A stretch of 64,000 nt of DNA, taken from contig CANJVR010000002.1 of NCBI GenBank assembly GCA_947478395.1, positions 256,001-320,000 of the forward strand, written 5' to 3'. Within the stretch, counting starts at the first letter, position 1. Each line of letters begins with the position of its first letter. Origin of the DNA: Opitutia bacterium (GTDB lineage: Bacteria > Verrucomicrobiota > Verrucomicrobiia > Opitutales > Opitutaceae). The position numbers and the translations under genes are program-made. The notes under the pieces were generated by a model that saw only the letters and a list, made by a program, of their open reading frames with translations, was not told where the DNA came from and did not search any database. Positions 42,243 to 50,788 of this stretch are shown piece after piece.

Positions 42243-44351
42243 CTAAGAGTCCTGGGGATCTTCCAGCGTATCATCTTTGCTTTGTTTGGTGAGGATAACT
42301 CGTTGATTTCGACTGCCAGGGGTCATTTGCAACGATGCCCCCTCCGGAGATTTTTTCGCGTAGGATGAAATCAAACGCTTAACTCGCAATTTGCCCTCGT
42401 TCAATTCGTGCTCGCTGAAGCGCTTCAAGGCTTCATTTGCGGATGTGGCCTGTAGCAAAACCGAAAGGGCTAATTCCTCGGAGGGAGAGAAAAATTTGTT
42501 TAAAATTGCTCGAACCTCGAGCGCGGCTTCTTCGAGTTGAGAGCTGGTGATCGGGTTTTCGGTATGCGTAGCCCAATCGAGGTCTATAGTTCTCGATTCG
42601 TCATCGCCTTCCTTGGTCACGGAGAGGCTTTGAGTTTGAGAAAAAAGCAGTAGATCTGCGACCTGCGCAGCAGAAAGAGAGTGTTTCCCGCTGCCTCCAT
42701 ACAGCAGATTATAGCGTTCGGCGATATCAACGTAGTAATTCGGGTCGGAACACAAAAGCTCACTTTCCGTTGAAAGATGATAAACTCGCGGTTGAGCAGT
42801 GGTAAGATCTGCGCTCAATTTTATAGCTTGGCGCTCTTGATGCGGCTTTCGCCGCAACTCCATGTTTATTCGATTGAAAGCGTAGGTGGAGAAATAATTA
42901 CCTGATGTGTAATTAAAACTTGCGATGGTCTTTAACATTTCCTCCTTCACCATTGAACTTACATTTTCTTTGTCGTGCGATGAGTAGGATGCGTTCTTGC
43001 TATAAAAACTTCCTGTGATCGCGCCACATAAGCCGCGATTATGCGAGTAGAGTATGTTAAGGAAACTGTGGATTTCCTCCGCTTTCTTCCCGAAATTATT
43101 GGAAAGAATACGAGCTTCCTCGATTGTTTTGCCGTTCAGGAAATTCAACGCATCATCACGCCTAAGGATCGCGGGCAAAGCGCGCACCCAGCCCACAAGT
43201 TTTAGCGCATTGATGTGTTTGAAGGCGAGGCCGCCGGCTTTGTTCTTTGCGGCTGTAATGCATCCCGCGAGGATCGCCGGGTCACGCGCGTGATTCTCCC
43301 GCGCAGAAACCTCTTTAAACGAATGAATTATGTGCGTTAAAGCCTGGTGAATCGCGCCGCATTCAGCGTGAGTAAACTCGAAGCGGCGGCCATCGGGAAG
43401 GCTCTCCGCTGCTTTTGACGTCGAAGTCTCTTTCGACCAAAACAGCATCGGAAACTCGGCCATGACGAGCTCGCCAAACAGAGATTCCTGCAATCGGCCA
43501 AAGTGCCGGTGGGTTTGATGGAGCAGTTCCGGCGTTATTTTTTTCAGAACATAATCATAAACGAAATCAGCGTTTTTTTGTTTTGATAATGGGACTGCTG
43601 TTACCAGATTCGAAGCGATAAAATTAGCGCGATCTTTGAGTTGTTCGCGCCCTTCGGCCTTTAAGGTCAGCTCACCAGAAAGACTAAAGAGTTGGCTCGT
43701 TTTGACTTCAGTTGAAGTTTCTTCGCGGCTCGGGTCTGGTATAATCTTGGTGAAGTCTTCAACTTTTTGTAAGATGGAATCCGAAAAATAAGAAACGACC
43801 CGAACTGAGTAATTCGCCGTGTTATCACGCTGCTTAGATTTGGACCAGTCGATAAATCTGACCGCTGTGTTGACGGATTGTAGGGGCTGGAAGATGGGCA
43901 GATGGTCCCACCAGGCCTCATTTTTTCTGCGAGATATCGCGCCGTACCAAAATAGCGCGAACGCGTGTAAGTCCCTGAGTGAGCCGGCGGTAAAATGTTC
44001 ACACAGGAATTGGGCGCCGTCTAAGATTGGTTTCGACGGGTCTGCTCTGTCAGAACTTAGCCTCTGGTTATATAATCTGATTAATTTATCGCGGGCCGAA
44101 TTGTAGCTCATTTTCCCGGACGCGCCCTCGCGAAATACCGGGACCCAAGATTTGGATGTTGCTGGTAAAGGCGCAAACCACGGAGCGAGGGGCCAGTTTA
44201 GTGCATGGGCGAGGATCTGCCAAGTGGGTGGTTGTTTGGCCAACTGCCACGCCTCCTCCTCAAGAATCCTTGAGATGTGGAGTAAATCACTAGACAGTAA
44301 ACGTTTGTCTGCGAATGAAAGCGGCTTTTTATCTGAGGTGATGCACGCCAT
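42243..44351 (-). CDS. Large, highly diverged sigma70-family-like protein
   Basis: HNRGLCGAI..MLKTIASFNYTSGNYFSTYAFNRINMELRR....RQAIKLS matches region 2. LSAAQVADLL..SQTQSLSVTKEGDDES matches region 3.2. EVRAILNKFFSPSEELAL matches region 4.1. Confidence 0.65.
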   Translation of the reverse strand: MACITSDKKPLSFADKRLLSSDLLHISRILEEEAWQLAKQPPTWQILAHALNWPLAPWFAPLPATSKSWVPVFREGASGKMSYNSARDKLIRLYNQRLSSDRADPSKPILDGAQFLCEHFTAGSLRDLHAFALFWYGAISRRKNEAWWDHLPIFQPLQSVNTAVRFIDWSKSKQRDNTANYSVRVVSYFSDSILQKVEDFTKIIPDPSREETSTEVKTSQLFSLSGELTLKAEGREQLKDRANFIASNLVTAVPLSKQKNADFVYDYVLKKITPELLHQTHRHFGRLQESLFGELVMAEFPMLFWSKETSTSKAAESLPDGRRFEFTHAECGAIHQALTHIIHSFKEVSARENHARDPAILAGCITAAKNKAGGLAFKHINALKLVGWVRALPAILRRDDALNFLNGKTIEEARILSNNFGKKAEEIHSFLNILYSHNRGLCGAITGSFYSKNASYSSHDKENVSSMVKEEMLKTIASFNYTSGNYFSTYAFNRINMELRRKPHQERQAIKLSADLTTAQPRVYHLSTESELLCSDPNYYVDIAERYNLLYGGSGKHSLSAAQVADLLLFSQTQSLSVTKEGDDESRTIDLDWATHTENPITSSQLEEAALEVRAILNKFFSPSEELALSVLLQATSANEALKRFSEHELNEGKLRVKRLISSYAKKSPEGASLQMTPGSRNQRVILTKQSKDDTLEDPQDS

Positions 44352-44357
44352 TTCGGT

Positions 44358-44363
44358 AGAATA
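44358..44363 (-). promoter_or_regulatory. Putative host-type -10 box (TATTCT) 6 nt before the ATG of the sigma-like gene
   Basis: Minus strand reads TATTCTaccgaaATG, the same geometry as at ilvE. Confidence 0.4.
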
Positions 44364-44389
44364 TGGCGCGAAACGTTCGCGATAAACTT

Positions 44390-44425
44390 AGTTTTTACAA
44401 GATATTTACGAGAAGTTTTTACAAG
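44390..44425. repeat. Direct repeats AGTTTTTACAAG x2 with an intervening degenerate copy
   Basis: Exact 12-mers at 44390-44401 and 44414-44425, and GATATTTACGAG at 44401-44412, in the AT-rich divergent intergenic region. Confidence 0.7.
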
Positions 44426-44494
44426 TTAATAAGTCGATGTATAACAAGGAGCTTCCGTATTAATCGAAATTAGGCCTATAATTAACGAACAATT

Positions 44495-44502
44495 CCTTAA
44501 TT
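44495..44502 (+). promoter_or_regulatory. Island motif CCTTAATT, 5 nt before ATG 44508
   Basis: Reads CCTTAATTaaaaaATG. A canonical TATAAT also lies at 44477-44482. Confidence 0.55.
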
Positions 44503-44507
44503 AAAAA

Positions 44508-46172
44508 ATGAAACTGGAATATACCAGCTCAGGCCTTGCAAAGTATTCAATCCTGCCGCCCAACAATCCGGAGCGGCGCGATTGGCTAATTTTTTCGGAA
44601 GCGTTACACCTCGATCAACCGGAAAAGCCAGCGGACGGTGCGACATCGGCCCAAGCGGCAGATCATATGCGCGCTCTCCTTTTCAAATGCCTAAAATCCA
44701 GGGAAAGCTTCGACGCGATTATCTTAAAATGTGCAGGCGGCGCTATTTCACGGCGAACCAACGAGGATACCGCGGCCAAACCCAAATTTACGGAAGTGAT
44801 GTCGTTCGTTAGGACGCGGCTTTGGAATTGCGACTTCGATGGCAGCAAAACCGTAAGTAGCGTCGGGCGCGGACACTCCTCGAACGATATCGTTTTATCG
44901 TGGAATCCGGAGGCGGGTGGTATTGGGCACTATATTGCGGTTAATGTCTCGAAGATCCTTAATCGCGATTGGAAAGCGGCGACGATGGAGCTATCAGACG
45001 CCCAGCAGCTTTCGGGGGATTTTCCGGAGCGAAAACAGGGCCATCTCGATTCAACGGGCAGAATTTCAGGACCGGCCGCGGCGCAGCCAGAGAATGATGC
45101 GCCAGATTACGTCGAGGGTGACTCGGTCCTAGAAAAAGCCCCGCAAAATTTTTCGGTCACAAGTAAGGGCCAGGCATCGGATGGGGAGAACGGCCTAGAG
45201 CGGCTGCAAGCCACCAGCTTAGAACAGAGCACTGAGAAAGACAAAATTCCTGGGATTCGGCCCCACGAAGGACCTCCAGTTACTGAGTTGAGGCGGGAGT
45301 TTGATACCGCGCTAATAGCTTCCCGGATTTCTACGCCCCAATCGGAAGTGTTACGCAGTCCTCAGCATCCCGATTTCAGGGTATTTGCTGCGGCGCTTAT
45401 TGAGGATGTGACAGAGCCTGAGCTCGACGAGCCCGGTAGAACAGCCCAGCTGCGCGATTTGGCCGGTAGGGTACTGGCCATGCACTGTGCTGATCTCGAT
45501 GATTACGAAGGGTCGCGGGAAGCCCTGCTTGAGTGGCGTCCTGCCGAGGTGCCTTTCGCGCGATATTTCCCCGAGGTATGCCTCCAAGTGGCTGACTCGC
45601 TCAACCGCGTCGAGGTGCAGAAGGTGCGCGATCAACCGCTGCAGCTTGAGTTCGCGGCTGAGTTTCTAATTATCGGTAGCGAGATAACCCGTCAGTCGAA
45701 AAATCTAAATCCTCGTCCTCAGGGGATGTCGGCAGACGAATGGGCTGAAATCACAGATAAGGCCAAAAACTGGTTGGAGCGTGAATGCACTTCGAGCGAG
45801 GAATTGTTGAGTGCAGATCGACCCGATTATATTGCGTTGTGCCACCTCACCGGCAGGCTGATTGATCGTAAGATTGAGCCAGAAGTTATGGGGGAAAGGC
45901 TCAGGACGATGTATAGGGAGTGGACGGACGATCGCTTTTATGCCGCTTGGAGTAGGGCTGATCCGGTATTCAGCGCGTCGCCTGCTTGGTCGGAAAACCG
46001 TGAAAGCATAAACGAAATGAATAAGAGCATGGAAACGTGGGAACCGCTGAAGGACGGTTTTGCCGGTGAAACCATGAAGCGCCACTTGCATCAGGCGCGG
46101 TTAGAAATTGAATCGAGGGAAGAGATTGCGCGCCATGCCCGAAACGAGCCAACGGGTAAATCTCGAGGCTAG
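44508..46172 (+). CDS. Hypothetical protein (554 aa), possible sigma region-2-like N-terminal part
   Basis: Long ORF with no long competing frame. EVMSFVRTRLW..LSWNPEAGGIGHYIAVNVSKILNRDWK is weakly sigma-2-like. Confidence 0.7.
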   Translation: MKLEYTSSGLAKYSILPPNNPERRDWLIFSEALHLDQPEKPADGATSAQAADHMRALLFKCLKSRESFDAIILKCAGGAISRRTNEDTAAKPKFTEVMSFVRTRLWNCDFDGSKTVSSVGRGHSSNDIVLSWNPEAGGIGHYIAVNVSKILNRDWKAATMELSDAQQLSGDFPERKQGHLDSTGRISGPAAAQPENDAPDYVEGDSVLEKAPQNFSVTSKGQASDGENGLERLQATSLEQSTEKDKIPGIRPHEGPPVTELRREFDTALIASRISTPQSEVLRSPQHPDFRVFAAALIEDVTEPELDEPGRTAQLRDLAGRVLAMHCADLDDYEGSREALLEWRPAEVPFARYFPEVCLQVADSLNRVEVQKVRDQPLQLEFAAEFLIIGSEITRQSKNLNPRPQGMSADEWAEITDKAKNWLERECTSSEELLSADRPDYIALCHLTGRLIDRKIEPEVMGERLRTMYREWTDDRFYAAWSRADPVFSASPAWSENRESINEMNKSMETWEPLKDGFAGETMKRHLHQARLEIESREEIARHARNEPTGKSRG

Positions 46173-46329
46173 GCTGGTGAAAGGAACCGGACATGTTGCT
46201 CTCAGGCCCACCAGCGTATGTTCCGTACCCCTTAAGTCCTGAAACGACTTATGCACAGACTTGTGGTTCGGCCCCGTTCTTGCACACAGTGCGCCTGCCA
46301 AGCTGCATAAAGCTAAGGATTTTCACCCA

Positions 46330-47256
46330 ATGAACGGTTTAGCCTTTGAGCATTATGTCGATCAACCTTGGTTGTTATTTCAACTGGGGCACACGGAACT
46401 GCTCCAAACGAAACTCAGGAACAGTGTCGAAGAAGCCATCGATGCGCGGCGCCAAATTGACGATCTTACGGTCGCCCGGTTGCGGTGGTATCCCTCACTT
46501 GTCGGAGGGTTGATTATGGAGGGACTCATCACAGCCCCAGATATCGAGCGAATCCTAAATAATCCGGTTTCCCGATTTTACGCCCTGGCCAGTCATTATG
46601 AAGCTTTGGCTCCAGTTCTAGAATCGAAGCTCCTGGTTGATCCTGAAGGGGTCGAACGTATGGTGCGGTGGTTACGGTACAAAAAATACAAACCCTTTCG
46701 CGATGAGCGGGAGTACATGGCTATGTTGGGTGACGATCCGAATCGTCAGTATCGACTCACGCCGCCGGCGGAAAGAATAAGTCCAGAGCAGGTCAAGGCT
46801 GAGGCGGAAAAAAGGAAGTATCAGTCCGCGGCCTGGGCTTACCTTTTTGTGAGTAGCAGCCAAGATCCGCTCCTGGATTCCTCGCTTCTTTCCGTGCTAA
46901 AAAGCAACGAGGAATATGCCTATTTGAGCGCCTATATCCTGCGCCGGAGAAATCTAGAAATGTCACGTTGGGTGGAGTTAGTTTCGGAAATCAGGAATCC
47001 TCGCTGGGCTTTCCATGTGATGCGCGACATTGAACCCGGCGGAGCTATGCCTATTGGCATCCGGTCCCGTTTGCTTCGTTGCGTGCATACGTCGCCCCCG
47101 TGGGCCGTCCAACTGTGGGTAAGTCGCGGTTGGCGCGGTGAGCACCTTGGGTTAGTTTCCTGCGAATGCGGTCTGCTTTCAGCCGGGCACGAATGCGAAA
47201 TTGAGCTCAGCGCGTGGTTGCGGTTAGCAAAATTAAACGCCGGCCGAAAATCCTAG
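46330..47256 (+). CDS. Hypothetical alpha-helical repeat protein
   Basis: Long ORF with recurring (D/N/S)P.WA(Y/F)-like units: DPNRQY, SAAWAY, NEEYAY, NPRWAF, SPPWAV. Confidence 0.65.
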   Translation: MNGLAFEHYVDQPWLLFQLGHTELLQTKLRNSVEEAIDARRQIDDLTVARLRWYPSLVGGLIMEGLITAPDIERILNNPVSRFYALASHYEALAPVLESKLLVDPEGVERMVRWLRYKKYKPFRDEREYMAMLGDDPNRQYRLTPPAERISPEQVKAEAEKRKYQSAAWAYLFVSSSQDPLLDSSLLSVLKSNEEYAYLSAYILRRRNLEMSRWVELVSEIRNPRWAFHVMRDIEPGGAMPIGIRSRLLRCVHTSPPWAVQLWVSRGWRGEHLGLVSCECGLLSAGHECEIELSAWLRLAKLNAGRKS

Positions 47257-47392
47257 AAGCGGAAGCTGGCCAGGCACAGATCTGACTCGTCATAATTTGG
47301 TCGAAAAAGACCGAACGTTTTAGAATTCTTGCTGGCATTCGAAATCCCGATAAGCGTTATATATTGCTCCCTAAAATTAACTCGCGCGCCAC

Positions 47393-48175
47393 ATGATGTT
47401 CCGACCCAAAATAATATTGGCTCGAGGACTTCCGGGCTCTGGTAGGACCAATGCGATCAACGATTTGCGGAAATATTACCCCGGGATGGTTTATGTTGAT
47501 GCTGATCCTCCGGAACAAGGGGAGGACTTCTCGGATCCTGAAAAGCACGAACAAGCCCTAAGCCAAGCTACTGCGGATATTGAGCTGTTTGTGGAGCACG
47601 GCATCAAGGTCATCGCCGTTGAAACCTCGACGCCATCAAGCCAGAATGTGCGAAAACTGATTTCCCCGGCGCTGGCTGCAAATTACGCGCTAGAAATCAC
47701 GGATTTTGCCATAAACGAGCCTTTCGAGGTGATGAGCTATGTTAGGAATAGCAGCCACAAGCCAGATCCAGGATTTCTTTATGGCCTCGTGGCTAAGTGG
47801 GAAGAGTTTGATTTGGCGGTAAGCACTCCGACCAGAGAAAACGAGAGAGCACGGGAAAGACTCAGAAGAAAGGAAGCGTGGTCGGTATATGCTCAAGCTT
47901 TAGCTGCGGTTACGGAAGATGAGGCTAGAGTTTTACTGAAGCGTGTTTTTGACGAATACCCTGACGAAGCTGAGGCTTTGATGCTGATTGCGGGTCCCCA
48001 GTGGGGGCGTTTGAATTTAATTACCGAGCCTCCTGCATTCCCATGGGCGCGAGTCAGTCCCTATTGGAAAGACGTGGAAAACGAGTCGGCCGGGATTGTT
48101 TCAGACAAAGGATATGGCCGGCCTAAAAAGCCGCGTCCAACTCAAGTTTCGCCGGAGCAGAGGCAGGAGCTTTGA
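47393..48175 (+). CDS. P-loop kinase-like protein (AAA_33 / PNK-like)
   Basis: IILARGLPGSGRT Walker A-like motif with K replaced by R, followed by VIAVETS and a later H..W lid-like segment. Confidence 0.6.
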   Translation: MMFRPKIILARGLPGSGRTNAINDLRKYYPGMVYVDADPPEQGEDFSDPEKHEQALSQATADIELFVEHGIKVIAVETSTPSSQNVRKLISPALAANYALEITDFAINEPFEVMSYVRNSSHKPDPGFLYGLVAKWEEFDLAVSTPTRENERARERLRRKEAWSVYAQALAAVTEDEARVLLKRVFDEYPDEAEALMLIAGPQWGRLNLITEPPAFPWARVSPYWKDVENESAGIVSDKGYGRPKKPRPTQVSPEQRQEL

Positions 48176-48238
48176 TTTGGAAGAGGTGACAGCAGCAGAG
48201 AAATCAGTAACCGCATCCCGTGAGATGGCACCGATTCA

Positions 48239-48607
48239 TCAAACGTAGCGAAACTCAATCCGCGCCATAATAGAATCTAAGGTGGCCGCTTTGTGCCGCG
48301 CGAAAATTTGAGCCACTCGGGCTGACGGCGAAATGATACTCGAGATACCCTCGAGTCGTAGTTCGCGCTGACCGTACTCAATATCGTCGATAATCGCGCG
48401 TAATGGCTCGGGTTTCACTGATATAACTTCCAGCGTGCCCAACAAGGGGACTTTAATTGGGCAAATAAGCATCCAATCAGAGGACACGGCCTCGATTATG
48501 GTACCTGGATTGATGGGGAGATATTTGCTGCCAAAGCGGCGCGTCACCGTTTGCTGACGTTCTCGGATGGCGTGAGCAGTTTCTGAAAACACTAAACGCA
48601 TCGTCAT
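48239..48607 (-). CDS. ASCH/PUA-domain-like protein
   Basis: F......I....QTVTRR....I.PG..., V..EPL..I, R.EG and RIEFRYV, the pattern of small phage/ICE ASCH proteins. Confidence 0.7.
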   Translation of the reverse strand: MTMRLVFSETAHAIRERQQTVTRRFGSKYLPINPGTIIEAVSSDWMLICPIKVPLLGTLEVISVKPEPLRAIIDDIEYGQRELRLEGISSIISPSARVAQIFARHKAATLDSIMARIEFRYV

Positions 48608-48619
48608 GATTTTTGGGGT

Positions 48620-50701
48620 TCACAGATGCGTGCTAAGAAACATATCGCGGTGTAATCCTGAGGCGAACGAGCTGAGGGCGGTGATTTCCCGAGAAATGGA
48701 GGAATCTAACACCACATGTTGCTTACGCAGCGTCGATAGATAGGTATCCATCGAATTAAGCTCTTCGATCATGCCTTTGAGGCGGTCGGACAAAATCGCC
48801 GGCTCGCGCCCTTGAGTTTTAAACTCGCCTATAGAATTGAGCTCTCGCGAAAAACCCACGAGCGAAGCTCGTACCTTGCCAAGAGATGCCTCTTTGGGGT
48901 CAAAAATGGGGCGGTCGAAGCTGGGGTCTTCGGGCCATACCCTAGGCAAAAGCCGAGTAAACGAGCTATGCTGCGGCCGTAAAATACGCGGCGTGATGTA
49001 GACCATCATGTTCGAACGGGTCGCTTTGTCGCTGTCCGCGCGAAAAAGTCTCCCGGCGAATGGGATGTCGCCTAGGAAGGGGACCTTCTTGCTTATCCGA
49101 TTAACGGAACTCGAGACTAGCCCGCCGATGGCCAGAGTTTCACTTTCATTGACCTCTGCTGAGAACTCAAAGCGACGTCGGGCGGTGACTGGTACGGGAT
49201 TTCCGTCGATCAATTTTTCGCCGATCAAAGAGGATACGACCAGAGAAACATGGAGGCGGATTATTTTTTTGCCGTCATCGGTTTTCCGCACGATGGGGAA
49301 GATATTAACGATCGTTCCGATATCGAGGCGCTCGACCGACGAGCTGCTTGAAGTGCCTGAAGTCGAGCTGCCGACATTGAAACTGCTTTGCGCGTAGGGC
49401 ACTTGGGTGGTGGCATCGAGGACAGTTTTACGATTGGGCATGCCTAAGACGGATGGATTCTGGACGACTGCGCTCTCACTGTCTTGGGCCGTGAATTTCA
49501 TGGCCGCCGCAAACTGAAACGCGGACAGAATACTGGCTCGAGGAATGGTGAAGCGTTCCGCGGGACCCGAATTTCCGTCAGCGCTTACGTTAATGGCGGT
49601 GTCCCAATTTAACCCGATTTCGCGCTGTGGGTCTCGCGACGATTCAACGAAATATGTGGAGAATTCGATTTGATCGAGGGGTTGATCTACTTTCGCTAAG
49701 TATTGCTGCACCAAGCCGTGGTGAAATTTGCTCGCGAGGACGAACAAGTCGCCGGTTTCAGCGATGTATTTTACTTTGCCGCCGGTAGCCGTTGGGCCGG
49801 CTTTATCCTTATCAGCCCCAATGGAAGCAGGGCCTGGAGCGGTCAGCAGGTCTGCTATATCTTTTTCCAGCGCGGTATAACTGACCTTAAAAGAGCCGTT
49901 GCTGCTCGATCCCGATCCGCCACCACTCGAGTTCGAATTCGATCCGCTGGCGCCTTGTCCACTGCTACCGCTGCTTGTGTTGATGGTGGGCGAACTGATA
50001 TCCACCTCTTCGCGGTTATTATTTTTTATCCGGTAAGTTTTTAACACGAGTGAATCCGGTGCAGCTTTAGAGAAACGCCAAATTCCGTGACCAAATTCGA
50101 GGGACGCTCCGTAGTGGTCTTGGAGGACATCCAGCAAATCGAGGATGTTATAGACTCCGGAGATTGAAACCGTTGCGGATAATGCTTCGGATGACAGCGA
50201 GATGTAACGCATTTGAGCGTGCTCCGCTAAGGCGCGAATGACGTCGCCCAGCGCAGCATTGCGAAATTGCGCTTCGAAGTCACCGCTCTGTCGAATCCGC
50301 GCGCGCTCTTTGGTCAGCGCATCCAGCTCAAGGTCGGAGGACGTCTCAGGGTTGAGCTCAGCGATGACCTTATCCATGGAGTCCTCTGGTTTTTTGTCGG
50401 AAAAAATCGTGTTCCCGCCTCCCGTCACCGAAGGAAGTGATGGGGTTGGCGCAGGTACTTGCTCTTGTTGGATTGGTTTTAAGCTGATGGTGGCCTCCCT
50501 TTCGGCCTTTTCCATCGCGGCTGCACTGATGGAAACCAAAAGCGGCGCCGGGTTGGCTTGGACCGTAGGCGCCGGGCTTATGGCAGTTTCAAGGGGGGGG
50601 ATTTGCGCGCGCTCAGCCGCCGAGGGAGGTGACTCCGCTAAGGCAAAGTTCACAATGCCCGTGCACACTACGACAGATAGTCCCCAAAAAGAGTGCTTCA
50701 T
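48620..50701 (-). CDS. Secretin (PilQ/GspD family)
   Basis: Signal peptide, N-domain FRNAALGDVIR.LA, a Ser/Gly loop, VDQP..QI, IG.NW, and TLAIGGL..KVPFLGDIP..GRLFR..MVYITPRIL. Confidence 0.9.
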   Translation of the reverse strand: MKHSFWGLSVVVCTGIVNFALAESPPSAAERAQIPPLETAISPAPTVQANPAPLLVSISAAAMEKAEREATISLKPIQQEQVPAPTPSLPSVTGGGNTIFSDKKPEDSMDKVIAELNPETSSDLELDALTKERARIRQSGDFEAQFRNAALGDVIRALAEHAQMRYISLSSEALSATVSISGVYNILDLLDVLQDHYGASLEFGHGIWRFSKAAPDSLVLKTYRIKNNNREEVDISSPTINTSSGSSGQGASGSNSNSSGGGSGSSSNGSFKVSYTALEKDIADLLTAPGPASIGADKDKAGPTATGGKVKYIAETGDLFVLASKFHHGLVQQYLAKVDQPLDQIEFSTYFVESSRDPQREIGLNWDTAINVSADGNSGPAERFTIPRASILSAFQFAAAMKFTAQDSESAVVQNPSVLGMPNRKTVLDATTQVPYAQSSFNVGSSTSGTSSSSSVERLDIGTIVNIFPIVRKTDDGKKIIRLHVSLVVSSLIGEKLIDGNPVPVTARRRFEFSAEVNESETLAIGGLVSSSVNRISKKVPFLGDIPFAGRLFRADSDKATRSNMMVYITPRILRPQHSSFTRLLPRVWPEDPSFDRPIFDPKEASLGKVRASLVGFSRELNSIGEFKTQGREPAILSDRLKGMIEELNSMDTYLSTLRKQHVVLDSSISREITALSSFASGLHRDMFLSTHL

Positions 50702-50706
50702 GGCTC

Positions 50707-50714
50707 AATTAAGG
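50707..50714 (-). promoter_or_regulatory. Island motif CCTTAATT, 5 nt before the secretin ATG
   Basis: Minus strand reads aaccgCCTTAATTgagccATG. Confidence 0.6.
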
Positions 50715-50788
50715 CGGTTCTGGTTGATGGAATCGTCCCTGTTTTTGTAATTACGATCCAGAGAGCCTTTCTTGAATCGGCTCCTGGC

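Noticed and set aside
46228..47378. Weaker motif-like words CCCTTAAGT (46229) and CCCTAAAATT (47369) upstream of island ORFs
   Set aside because: They are mismatched and lack the 5-nt spacing to a start codon, so they were not counted as motif copies.
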